A DNA stretch of 64,000 bases from the NCBI GenBank assembly GCA_036172245.1, contig JAYWIR010000023.1, positions 1,488,001 through 1,552,000 of the forward strand, written 5' to 3'. Below the pieces are notes generated by a model. It did not search any database, had not been told where the DNA came from, and worked only from the letters and a program-made list of their open reading frames with translations. The position numbers and the translations under genes are program-made. Positions 12,100 to 24,900 of the stretch are shown piece after piece. Numbering within the stretch: position 1 is the stretch's first letter; the number at the start of each line of letters is the position of its first letter. The DNA comes from Raillietiella orientalis. Lineage: Eukaryota.

Positions 12100-12910
12100 C
12101 GCTCCACGGCTCTCCCTCGCAGCTCGAGACTTGCTCGCCTTGCTGCAACGCCTCAGTGGCAAGAAGCTTCACCATTGGCAGCGAGGAACCACCACCAGAA
12201 TGATAATTATAGCAAAGATCTGTTCGCTTCATGTCCCACACGGATAACTCGTATTCCACCAATCAAGATACAGATTCCTGGTTCGTACAGCGCGTGTTCC
12301 AAAAGCTGTTCCTCAGCACAAAGATTAATTAGGCCATTTCTGGGGCAATTGGAGAGCATCCAGTGATCGTAGGTGATAGCATCTGCGGGTACCTCCTGCA
12401 GTTCGAAAGAGAGCTAAATTCCATCCTAAGATACAGTAATGCGCAGACAACTTGGAAATGGGAATAAAAATGGGTTTCTAGTAGCGCGAGGGAAGATACC
12501 CAGATGCTCAGGCTGCATCTCGTTTCGAACTGTCCAGGCAGTTCGTGAAAGAGCCACTACGAGTGGTTAGCTGCCGGCTGAGTTCCGGTGGTTTCGGGAG
12601 TTCTTAAATGCCCACCTGCAGGCATCCCGCCAACTTCCGCATCTGCTTCCTTCAACGGTTACGTCCTTCAGATCAGTTGTCCTCGTCAGCCTGCGTCGAC
12701 TGTTCGGGAGTGGAGGGTGGATGGGAACGCGCTTTTGTTTCGAAGGTTCGCACTGCCCGCTTCTCCTGGGGTGAGATGGCTGACCCGTGCGATTGGCATG
12801 GCCACGATTGACCTTTGCATTCCTTACTCCTCTTCTTGGAGATCGCACTCCCTCTACGTCACTTATCGACATGTGAGCATGGGGGCCGGAAGAGAGAATC
12901 AGGACCTCTG
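12100..12910 (+). mobile_element. family A-related thumb/C-terminal fragment
   Basis: KKLHHWQRG..RMIIIAK, AQRLIRPFL, ERATTSG*LPAEF and QISCPRQPASTVREWR parallel ERATRSFGFPLEP and WISCRPTNFEDWR. Confidence 0.55.
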
Positions 12911-13279
12911 ACCAGAAGCTAATGGGATAATACGGACGAGTCCCAAATCTAAGAAAGCTAAGAAAGTCTTGCCGAGAAATTTCAAAAGAACACGTGATGT
13001 ATCACTACACTAGGATATTTGTCTCATTTTTCATGCTAGATGAAGACGCACCCCAGCTTCACTGTTGTTGCAGTCGTTAATCATCCTGAATTTCTGCTTC
13101 TTTCATGCAATCCAATCCCAGAATTCACAGGAAGACGGTGGCACTCCCTTGAGAATTCGGAGTTTGGGAAGATTAAGTAAAAAGAAAAATCATCTTATTG
13201 AGTGGAGTCAGGACGCAGAATCAAATGATTCCGGGACATGTCGAAGGGGTGGAGAAAGGTCCCAGAAGATACACGAATT

Positions 13280-13450
13280 CTGATGAAGTGGGGAGAGTCG
13301 CAGCTCACTCTCTTCGGAACAATCTCCACCCACGTGTCGGGACCCTTCCCAGTGCACACGAAACATCAGTTGCAAGAGATTTGCGAGGTACACAACATCA
13401 TGGGCCAGCAGGAGACCCAGAACCCGTGAAAATGATGCTCCCCATTCGTA
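13280..13450 (+). mobile_element. APE endonuclease N-terminal remnant
   Basis: KHQLQEICEVHNIMGQQETQ resembles K...L......DI..LQETH. Confidence 0.35.
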
Positions 13451-15899
13451 GAAGCAAAGAAAAGACAACGAGCCTAGTCCGTGGTCTGCTGTCTGAGTTT
13501 AGGAGGTTGTCGCAGAATTCCGTCGCCTCCCGAGGGAAAAAAAAAAAAAAAAAGTGTCAGGATGATAGGCCAAGGCTTCAGATGATAGATGAAAAATAAA
13601 TGAGGGAAGGAGGAATGAATGCTCGGATCGTTCGTGATGGACAATGTCAATCGTATTGACCGGATAGCGTAAGCTCCAAACCTCGAATTCGATCAACTGG
13701 AGAAACGCTTACTACCCGAAGACCGCGGACTTCGAGAAAGGACTGCCGTTGAAACGTTCGTGCGTCCCAAACGTGGAAACTTGTTCGGCAGTGACCTCTT
13801 TTGACCTAATGATCGAAAGGCCTGATAATTACAAGGTATCAGCAACCGAAGTATGATGCTGTGTCCGATACCTTGTGATCTCGTCACAAGCATACTACTG
13901 TTCGTGGTGTAATGGGTGTGTGCCAGTCCCGAAACAAATTCCCGATCTCCTTCCCGCCTCCAAGCTGGTAGATTATTCTGAGGCCAGTAACTCGCTCATT
14001 TGTTGTTTGAGTTACGACACCGATCCGCGGGTATTTTTTCTACTGAGGAAAAATGCACGATGTGATTGGGATTAAACCCATTTGGGCAATCCTCTTCTTT
14101 GGCGGATTAGCGGCTTCTTGTTGCTGTTCCCAGTAACCAGTACACCTTCTCGGAATGTATTTTTAGATTTCCAGCAAAATGAAATGTCCTACAGCAAATC
14201 CGTGGTCAGGGAGTGCAGTGAGCTTACTGGTTCCTTGCTAGTTTAAAGGAAATCACTCAGCATCTGCTAGCCATGTCTGTTTTTACTAGGAGGAAAAAAC
14301 AAAGAACTCAACGTCATTAAACACAGCACCTCTCTCTAACAAACACCTTCTCTTTCCTAAAGAGTTCTCCCATCTTTTTCCGTATTGATTCGGGAAAATC
14401 TACTCTTGACTTTTCAGCTGTATATTCCATGGATTCCCAGAACTTCGTCTCCACTTGTCTCCTGCACTGTTGCTTTTTCTAGAGCAGCACTGTTGAGATG
14501 AAAGGATGCTTTCGGAATCTTGACCCTTCGACGAAAACGATATCCACGACCAAAATCCTCCACCAGATGGAGTGTGCAACCTGAGAATGCTCGAATTTAT
14601 TTTCATTTCTCTCCCCCATTTTGTAACAACAGTTTAGGAGTCTTCAATTGTATCTTTTGAAAATAAATGTACGGTTCGATTGGGAATGCATCTGCTGCCA
14701 AAGATCAAAGTGCTGGTGGACTGAAAAGTTTGCTTGGGAGAGAACTGTCCAGATTCTATTTCTGCAAAACTTTCGGATTTTCATCTGAGCCACTTGTCAC
14801 TATAGAAATAGCTGAACCTTTCAAATGGGAAGCGAAACTGAAGTCGGTGTGAACTCTTGGAACAAGTTTGGAAAACCCAAAATGACAAGTTGTGCACGTA
14901 ATTTATTTACAGGTTTCATATGGATGAACACCGGAGATCCGAGGTACACTGTTTTGCATCGCATGCGGACAGCTTGTCCGTAGAATTGCGCTTTTAATGA
15001 TGCTTACGAGGGGGGGGGGGAGGGCAAACCCTCGCAAGCGTATGCCCGAAACCCGAGCCCAGAATGGAGAGCAAGCCTGGAAGCAAAGATGGATTTTCAT
15101 CAGAACTCTGTGAGGAATTTTCACGTTTCGGTCATGCAAGATGGGAGTTGAAATGTCCGCCACCATAGCCACCAAGGAAGGCACTTGATGAGGAAATGCA
15201 CTGTGCTTTAGTTCTTGAAAGCCACATAAAGGCGTTTTCATGTGATTTTGTTGGTAAAACCACTCTTCGGCCGAACCACCGCAAAGATTTTCCGATGTTC
15301 ACGAGCTCCTTAGGATCCTTTGATCATTGCATTTCGGAATAAAGTGTTTTCATCTAAGGGTAGAAAATCGAAAGAGCGTTGTGTTCCCGTCTGCCGGGAC
15401 TCCTTCGAAAGACGTTGGGCTGCGGAGGACTAGTTTTTGGGGATCAAGGGAACAGTCTGGGGCCATTGCTACGCTTGCATTGTGCCGGCGGCTTGTGCTG
15501 TTGGATCCATTCTCCTGGTCGCCTCCAGTTCGGGAAATTCTGACTGCTTTTTCACGTTTTACCAGGAGGAGAAGGTGAACGAAAACATGAGGGGTAAGAC
15601 CTGAATTCACTGCAATTTCCGATTTTCTAGATTTTTCTGCTACTCTGCTTCTGAAAAGGACGAGGCACACAAGGAGAGCCATGTGCTGAACGCTCGAATG
15701 TGAAGACACGAAAGAAATGGATTCGGATAATAGTGAGGTGCGAAGAAAAAATGGTATGTGGCATATGCCGCAGCGTACACCGTGTAAGAAGTGGTGGGTA
15801 TATGTGATTTCGATCTCGGGAGTCTGAAGGAACAGGTGGTACAGGGTTTTGATCTGCGAGCGATGATTCACTCTGACAACCTCGGTCAGTTGGTCAGGT

Positions 15900-16110
15900 C
15901 AGTGAGATGGAGCTTCAAAGTGCCAAGGTGCAGCCATCTAGGAATGAAGAGAGATCGCACTTGGCTCGTGGAAGACGGAGCTGTAGATAAATGATTGGCA
16001 GCTTTTCGGAGCTGCGCAAAATGTCGCATGCGACACCCAACCGCACTTGCACAGAGTATTTTGCGATTTGAGATGGCAAGAGATTAGTGTCTTTGATTCT
16101 TAATGTGTTG
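15900..16110 (+). mobile_element. Gypsy-type LTR retrotransposon integrase remnant
   Basis: SHLGMKR..W....VDK*LAAFRSCAKCR (HHCC zinc-binding region), followed after a frameshift by RWQEISV. Confidence 0.55.
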
Positions 16111-18099
16111 TAGGAAGGAATCGTGTGTCCAGATCATCACACTGCAGACCAGGTTGAGGAGGAAGTGTGAGAAACCATCGAGTCTGATCTATCAAACTCT
16201 CTGCCATCACCTAGGAACCCAGTAGCATCGATCAGTTCATATTACATTTGTCTCGTCAAGGTACTTCGTTGTGGAATCGGGCTTTTCTCTCTCGCCTCAT
16301 TTCAGAGCATGCGAAACAAAAAATTGAGAAAAAAAAAAAAAAAAGGCAGCATGATTTATTCCCATCTTCAATGGTCTGGTCTTCTGTTTCATTTCTTGAA
16401 AGAAAGCGTGGCTTCCTTGCCACCTGATGAAGAACAAACGATCTGATGGTGAAAGATTTTCCTGATGCTCTGTGTGGCATTGTACCATTCACAGACAATG
16501 CTACAAACAAATCTTGCGATTTGATTTTCCATTTTTTCCATTCTCATTATGTGCCAAGTCTCTTGAGACACGAGATGAGATAGATATGGTTATCATGTAT
16601 TCCTTCAAAGTTATTTGCTTGAAAGTATGCATTGTGGGCTCAGCTCCAGATGAACCATCTCGTCCTGGAGGACGGCAAAAAAAACAATCCAACAGTCTTA
16701 TAAGCTCAGTGAAATCATTTCAGGAAGAAAACTGGAAACTCGAAGATCCAAGGCAGAGAAGGTAAAGACCAAAAAAGCTACTTCAGTCGCCATCTTTTGT
16801 GGGACATCCATGATTATGAAAGGATATACTGCTGCAGCAGTCTGAACTTTTGCTTATCCCAACTTCCGGACTACCTCGTAAAGCTTAAGTTGAAATAAAT
16901 GGAGGCGTTCTGGCAAGCTATTTAAGCAAGAAACGTCAGATTAGTCCGTAGGATGGCTGTGAAAACTAATGGAACATCTGAAATAAACAAATCATTTATT
17001 TTGGTCAGTCTGACGAATAATGGGCAGGGAATACCGCTTGAGGCCCCATATCAGGCAAAGGAGAAAACTGCACCTTTATTTTCTTTTTCACGAATGCAAC
17101 CACTGAAGATATTCAGATCGTTCGAAAAAGATATTCATTTGAGATGTGAGCGGACTCTTTGAGCATAAGACTAAAACAGGGGAACCCTATTTGTGTGGCA
17201 GGCATTGCGGTAAGGGTGAAAGTAATAGAGGACTCGGAAACTTGTGTGCAAGACGAAAGCTCCTCGTCCTTCTTGAGCGCTGGAATGGAGCGAGTGTCGG
17301 CAGCAGCCCCACTGGCAGTGGAGCCCCAGTAAATCCATGAATCCATCGGAATCTATGAGACTCGAATCGGTCGTTCACTGCATCTGTTTTAGGCCACGCT
17401 CACAGTACATCAATACTTTCTCTCGCGATGCTCTTTAGTGATCGGCTCTGCCTAGTGATCTACGTGATCTTATTAAATTCATCCCCGAAGAATGCACGAA
17501 AATTCAGAGTGCACGCTGTAGGAACGGTCAGCACAAACTTCATTATGGCTTCTAATTCATGCTGGGCAGTCCAGTTATTTTTATAGCATTTCTTCTGGGA
17601 AATAAACAGTCTCAAAGTCAGCTTTCATCAGACCATTCCATTGTGGCGCTTATGATTCAAGAGAGATTATCCCACTGGCTTTGGAATCCCATCCAGTTTT
17701 ATTAGCTCCATAAATTGTTACTCGCCTAAATACTTTTATGTGAACCTTGGGTAAACTGCTGTACTCTGGTGTGGTTATAGCAACGCTTATTCCCCGCGTC
17801 TCAAAAATGTTCTGCTGAAGAAAGTGATTCCTTGTTCATATCCTCAACCCTTCGCCCTCTTTGACTTAATTTTAGAGGCTACCTCTAGTTTTGAAAGCTT
17901 ATTTCCACTTCTAATCATATATGGAACCAATCTGTTTAGAAAGCAATCAGTGAATAGGGTTGGTACTTAGGGATGACGGATGATGAATGGAGCAAGGAAA
18001 CAGCCTGAACGCAATTTTAAAAAGCCTGCATCTGTTGAAAATCTTTTTATGGCTTCCATACAAATAGCGTGTGTTTATAGTTCATCTGGGATGAATATC

Positions 18100-18850
18100 C
18101 GTCCACTGGAGGAACCTTTCGGGGGAGCGAAGGCATGACCGGAAAGTCTTCCGAACGGCATGCCGTCGGAACAACTGCGAATTTCGCAGGTCCAAATTTT
18201 TTTTTCCCCCCTTCGCGCGAAATCTTGAAATCCACTCGCACCTTCTGACACGGTGATTGCCGTGTCCTCCTGCGGTCTCTCCAAAAGTCCTCGAATCATC
18301 GTTGCCTGACAGCGGGCAAATTCTATACGAATGATGGTGATAAGCCCGATTCCCGTGTCGGGAGGGATGCTTTTGAAGCAGTTGCCGTTGGGAACCGTCG
18401 GATCGGTTTCAGTGTAGGTTTCGATCCTACGTGGCATGTCATGAGAGCGGTTTCCACATATGTGCGGTAGGAAGGTAAACTCAATTCCGACTCTCCCTCG
18501 CCGTGGATGTTGGATTCGAGTGCAGCGGGCACTAAGCAGCGCATGTAATTGTAGGTCCAAGGACGGTTTGATCCTAGTTGCCCCTTGCATATGTAGGTTG
18601 TGGGTAAATATTAATTCCTAAATAGCTTCGTGTTTGGGTCCACATTCTGTTTATGATGAATGAGTCTCGCGCCACAATTGAGTCCCGGAGTATGCAGACT
18701 TGTAGATTGGCATTCCATCCGACGCCGAGTCCCGCAAACCGTTCCTCCCACGTTAACGCGTAGCCCCGGCAACACATGGAAACAACGGACCTTTGTGCGG
18801 GCTCCTCGAGATTAGATGGGGTAGGCAGGCGTATTCGGAGGAATCCTTTC
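18100..18850 (-). mobile_element. L1/Tx1-type RT C-terminal/thumb fragment
   Basis: RSYLGINI, then SIPPDTGIGLITIIRIEF..QATMIRGLL, equivalent to APRRDAGLGILTLGRIEMQVQLRML. Confidence 0.6.
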
Positions 18851-21800
18851 CATCATCCTCCCATGATTTTATAAATGAATGTTTCTTGGCTTTATAGGTC
18901 TGGGAGTCAGCCGACTTCGCCCCTAGTGCTGGAAAATGAGGGTCCTCTGAGAAAAGTGGTGGGAGTCATCAAAAGAAGCGTTACTTGCGTTTGTGTAGGC
19001 CTTCTGAGCCGCGACGAACTCGCGGCTGGACTGCAGTGACCAAATGAATCTCGAAGCGTGACGTCACTGTCCTGTCAACAGATTAGATGTTTCGTACTGC
19101 TCTTACAAAAGCGGCTTGAGGCTCATTTATCGGCGCCAGCTACCACAAACCTAAGCAAAGGTAGGTCTAGGCTCATCCTCTCTTTAAGGATTTGTTCTTT
19201 TACAGTGAGCAGACCTTCACGTCCATTGCAGCGCGCGCGTTTTCATCCTCCTACCACTCTGTTCGCTCGGAAAGAAGAATCCGGATGCATTCTAAACGAA
19301 TTGCAAAATACTAATTTTAATTACCTTCGAGCTTCCAAGGACATCTTCAGCGTTTCTGTCTTCTTCGTGCTGTCATTTTTTTGTTCGTTTGTTTGTTTGC
19401 GCTGTGATTCTCAGATTTTTTTTTGTATATGTTTCGGAGAAAGAGTGTTGCATAATCAGAAGTCATGATGACCCCTTCTCGTTCAGGGAAACATTTGTCT
19501 TCCATGAGAGAGTTGGTAGGAATTCTCGCCCTTCGTAGTACCAAAAGCACACCATGTACCGTTGTATCGCTCTGCAAAACTATTCTACGATGAAAACGTA
19601 AGAAATCGAACGCTCACGGCATGACGAACTTGCCGAATGAATGTGGGAGGCAAGATGGCACCCCGAAGAAGTTTACGATGAGCCGATGATGCATCAGCCG
19701 AAGCGAAAACTAGAAAACAAGAAAAATCATGGAGCCGAGGCGCAAAGCAAGGAACGGAGACCTCTGAGGCGAAGAACTCTCGAGGTCATCCTAGAGACTG
19801 AAAAACGTCAGAAGCTGCAAATTCCATTTGGAATCGCTTGCGAGAAAAACTGTAAACGAGAAAAATCCCGGATCCCAGATAACAGGCTCATAAAAGCCAA
19901 GGGTTGCCTCAGTCGAAGCTTGACAACACTCCGGAAACCGAACGGATGGTGTCCTCGTGACATCAGTGGTTTTGGAAGAGGGCTCGGAGAAACCTTGAAA
20001 GCTTGCCTGAAACGAGCAGGCGTTCCGACTAGAGGGATGCACGGGAATTCCGGAGCGAAAGGACGCTTGCAGCTCTTCTGGCGTTGCACCGAACGGGCGC
20101 GGCCTCGCGTCTCTCAGGGATGGATGTGGTCAAAAGTCGCCTCGCATCCAGCAGCTCACACGGTCCAGCGGGGCAGCCGTCCACGGAGCAACCTGGACGA
20201 CGTCTCTGCAGCGAAGAAAATCCGAGTGGATTTACACGTACCGACTCGCCGCTTTCCTCCGAGGAGCAACGCACCTTGCCCTGACGCGTCGCGTCTCCGT
20301 GGAAACGCGACCCACTCGGCCTTTCTCTCTGTGACTTCAGCGCATGCTTCCTATAGGATGAAAGCGCTCTTTCCATAGACTGGCTCTTCTCGGAGGATTC
20401 TCAGTGGGTATGCAGGGGTACAGTTTCTCTCCCTGCGTGCAGAGCATGCAGGAGTCGAGTGGTCCTGAGTTGCCGCGATCCGGACGATACCGCCCTTTTG
20501 TTTCAAACAACATCATCAGGCCATCAAGGAGTAGCGAAACAGATGTTCTTTTCAGTGCTCCCTATGTTTGCTGTGTTTCTCGAAGCAGTGTTCCCAGTGG
20601 TTTCCTATTTTCCAGATTCACAGCCTTTTTCACGAGATTTACGTTCCACTCATCCATTTGACACGGAATGCGCGAGATGTACCTAAGAAGTGTTCATGTA
20701 AGATGTATAGGGTGTAAAAATGGAGGATCGAGTGCCCGATTTCTTCTGATCATCTCAATCTATCCATCTCCATGTGGTCGTGGTAACCACACTATTAAGG
20801 TATGATGTAGGTGAAGAGGTGAGGACATCTAAGGTGTTGCTGATCTTACAGAAGTATTTCGGGTGCTTTCCTAAGTTGGTTCGTGACTTGAGCGATCGGG
20901 ATCGTCTTCAGCATCTTGGTGATGTCTAAGCCTATTGGTCCGGTTAGCGTCTCTTCGGTGCTGTTTGGAAGAAGAATCATCTTGTCAACACATCTAAGGC
21001 CATTGAACGTATTCCTTGATCTTGGTGACCAGACTGTCAGAGCTCTCACCGTCTTCCGGATTCCAGGAGCTCACATATGAATGGCAGCGTCACATTATTT
21101 GGCTTCTCTTCACGTCAGGTCCGGAACCCTGCTGACGTCCAGTGTGACTACCGGATCACCTGGTCATCTTTCACGAGGACAGTTTATGCACACCAGCTGG
21201 GACCAGATCGGAGATCACTCTCTACCTCTCGCTAGTTGCCGTTTTAATGCCCTCAGCTAAGGTGTCATGCCCTTTGGTGTGGTGACAAGAGCGCCTCATA
21301 CGGGATGAGTTTAAGACGTACGGCAGCACGTCGTTGCACATCCTGCAGTGCCTAGCACGAACAGTTTCTTTTTCTGCTCCTCTGCATCGTGGTGCCGAAG
21401 GTGGCTCGTGGCTCTCAGGTCAATGTTGGCGGGAAGAACACTGTTCTCATCATTGCAACCCGCGAATCTTCTATTGCACCCGATATTCTAGCGTAAGACC
21501 TTCTCTCCGTGCAACTTACCGTTTGCTCGCTTTGCAGTCTTGGACGAACACTCGTCGTCAGTAAAAGACACTGCACGTCCTTTGGAGCTGTGGCATCGAC
21601 AGACATAACAACATAAAAAAATAGGCTGGATGAACTTAATGACACTTCAGTAGACTGTGAAAGCAATACAGTCAGTTTGACAAAAACCGGTGAGTCAGTC
21701 AGTAGTGATAGATGGAGAGGAACTATGATGACCCTTCCCAGTTGCGTTCAGTGTTTCAGAAGAGCTGTGTTGCCATTCTTCCGTAGTCTGCAAAATCAGC

Positions 21801-24479
21801 ATCCGTGTTTATTATGAGGAAATCAGTTTGCTTGCTTTCTGTGAGTTTCTGCATCGGAAGAAACATCAAATTCTCTGAGGTGGGAGCTCGACGACGAACT
21901 CTTGTCATTTTCGATAGGAAGGATTTGCTAGCCGTGGTTCTTTAGAAGCACTAAGGAATGTGGCATCCTTCTGTGGAGTCACACTACTCTTTGGTTGGTG
22001 TCCTGTTCGAGCATGGGCATTAAAGAATGAAAGGATGAAAGTGAAAAGCTGAGTAGTTTACAAATGATTGGTCCTGGAACAGAATCTGAAGATTGAAGAT
22101 CTCTCACAAGGCAAGGTGTTTTCTCTCGAACCTGCTTTGGGGGAAAAATGTATATATACAGAAGGACTGGAAAGGCATCCCAGCTAGCATCTCACTTACA
22201 GTTCACGTTTCTTGATTAGGTGTCCTCCGAGCTCGTTGCAACACGTTGTCGATCTCGAGCGTCAAACAAGTAATAAAGTAGTTGAGGATTCAGTCTGGAT
22301 ATCTTTGGTCTTTTTCTTCCCTATAATTATGATGCAAACAGTATCTGTTCAAGATATACAAGTGCTTCCGCTAAAAAATAAAACAGATGCATGACGAGGA
22401 CGAGAGAAAACTTCAAGGAAGATGGAGAACGAGTTCATGAGATGCTGAGGTTCTGACTCGTTTGTAAGAACAAAGAGCTGAATGCAGTTGTTGGTATGGT
22501 AGTAATCTCTGAAAGCAGCACAATCGACTCCAGCACTAACAGGGACTTGGCGCAGTAATAACAGCTCAGTGTACCGAACTTTCAGATGGAGATGAGCGAA
22601 GACTGCCGTCACATACTAAGTGTTGTGTTCTTCTGGATTTTTTTTTTCAATCATGAAAACGTGAAAACTTTTCCGAAAGGAGAACTCGTTCTCTGCTCGT
22701 GTGTGGAATCAATTTGGATTCAAATCCTGATGTTTCGATTTTATTCACTCACGATGGTCATTTTCGTGGGCATGATGAACTGATATAATGGCAGAGCAGT
22801 GATGATGATGCAGTGATACAAGAGTATAGTACGATGCTCCTACAGCACTCAAAAAAGGGCTTCACTCTCCAAGTGCAGCAGTACACTTAGAAGATATTGC
22901 CGGTTTCTCAAAGGCCGTTTTCCAAAGCGCGACTCTTTGTGATTTTAGGGTTTTCCAGAATCATTTCAGCTCCTGTGCCCCATGTTTCATCTTCGGAAAA
23001 ATGACACAAGCTATGGAATTGCTTGTAAGAAAATTTCGGGTATATCATTCTGAAATTTGTTATGGGAATAGACGGCCTCCAACTCAGAATGGCCATCTCT
23101 ACCTCGAAGGAAGCCGGACCATTGCTGCTTCAATGATATCCGTGAAACCGAAGGTTCTTCTAGAACGGCCATTTATCCATGGACGGTAGTTCTTTGTGCA
23201 ATGGGGTGCCATGGGGAACCCAAAGATCACAATACCTGCTTTTTAAAAGCTCTGCAGCAAACTAGCACAAAAGCAAGGTTTTTGACGATCGAGACAACTG
23301 CTTTTGGAATCCAGACCCCAGAGTTTCCTATTTCTTGTTCTGCCCCCATCTTCTATTTCTTGAACTTTTCTCATTCACCAGAAGATTCCCCGAAGATGCG
23401 TTTTAAACTAGATGATTCCTTGATGAGGTGATTTCTGGCTACTCTTCCTTGAACCTGAGGGGATGAATTTCTCATAGTTCTGCAAACTCTAAATAAACAG
23501 CAGGGTTGTTGTTGTTTTTTCTTTTCTTTTATATAAACAAACGCTCACGACAAAAATAGAGAAATAAAATTAATGAAATCGAAGCTAAATGAAATAGAGG
23601 CACATCGAATGCTCATTTCGGGTACATGGCTGCTGGCATCGCTGTTAATCGCTTGCCAGTTGCGTTTCAGACCACAAGGAAATTCCCAATTTTTCAATTC
23701 CATGATCACCTGGCGCGTGTTTCAGATCTTTCCCACATTCAGTTCGCATCGAAGTCGATCTTTCGATGCAGACCACCGCATCGTTTATTTGCATACCACA
23801 TTTTAAATCAGAGGGGAAGCATTCTCCCGCACCCGGTGAGCAGTGTAAAGGAATGCTACCATGACTTCCGGTAGCATTCCTTTTTGAAACCCACCATTTC
23901 TCATTGCGTGCCTGGAAGAAAAGTTACCCGCTGACCAAAATCCCGAGTGCCGAAATTCTGCGTCGGCTTCTAGAGAGTGTACACAATTCGGCTCTTTGCG
24001 ATGGTTTGTTCGTGGAATGCGGCCACTGGGAGCAAGAGTTGTACTCCTCGTGCTGTGGGAACCTTCCATCCACAGGTCCAGGAGCCTGAAGACACTCTTC
24101 TTAACTTTTGCCTTGCCAGTCATGTGAGTGCTCATTACTGGTCCCAAGCAGACAATGCTGTAGCGTTTGTTCTGTGATCTGCGCGTCTCAGGACGAGGTC
24201 TTTCTCCTCTATGCAGCGTTTCAACCTGTGAGAAAATCTAGAGAAAATAGAAAAGGACATAAATCACAAGTGGAAGTTGTGTAATTGGAGACGTCGACAA
24301 GATAAACCTGTTGTTTTTGTACGGGACCGTGTTCCGACATCTTGAACCGAACCCAACTACGGAGACGATAACCATCTTAAGACGGCTCTCGTAGCTCACG
24401 ACGAGTAAAACCTATGAAAATTACATCGGGAAGAGTCAATCGTTGCTGCTTCCTGGAGTTGTTTTCTCCTTTCCTTTTC

Positions 24480-24900
24480 CACGAAGGATCAAATGATTTC
24501 CGATTGTTCCCCAGAACAGTGCAAACGGAGATGCATTGCTTCACGACACTCATGAGTCCTTTCCCCCACTGACCAAGGAGGGATGAACTTTAGCCTTATG
24601 GCCTTAAAATCCTGTGAGAGCTTCGTTTGAAGATTTTTCTCGACATGCATGAAATGAATACAGGGCAAAACAATTTGGGTCGGCGACGTGCTGGGTCGGA
24701 GAAACGATCCGGTTGCAGAATTTCCATCTTGATCGGGGCAACGCCAGGGAATCTCCACATTGCGTTTCGAGGAATTCACGCTAAAACGACGTGTCTTCTG
24801 AACGGTTTGGAGTGAAGTGAAATTCCATCCTGACATAAGCCTATTTGTTCTCTAGAGTTCTCAGTGAGTGTCTTCTGAAAAGGTGAATCAGATGGTTCCA
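24480..24900 (+). mobile_element. decayed RT fragment
   Basis: KIFLDMHE and FRGIHAKTTCLLNGLE*SEIP resemble the LD.EKAFD and LY....S.VLVNG motifs. Confidence 0.35.

Noticed and set aside
12588..12911. Possible Tx1 ORF1 (GIPPTS..GYVLQISCPRQP)
   Set aside because: It aligns better, with flanking motifs in order, to the ORF2 C-terminal region of family A.
19641..20378. 245-aa basic ORF
   Set aside because: No recognisable domain or splice structure. It may be decayed element sequence, but that cannot be supported.
21695..21787. Minus-strand terminal exon TTEEWQHSSSETLNATGKGHHSSSPSITTD*
   Set aside because: It has a good acceptor, but no upstream open exon could be linked and the peptide is not recognisable.
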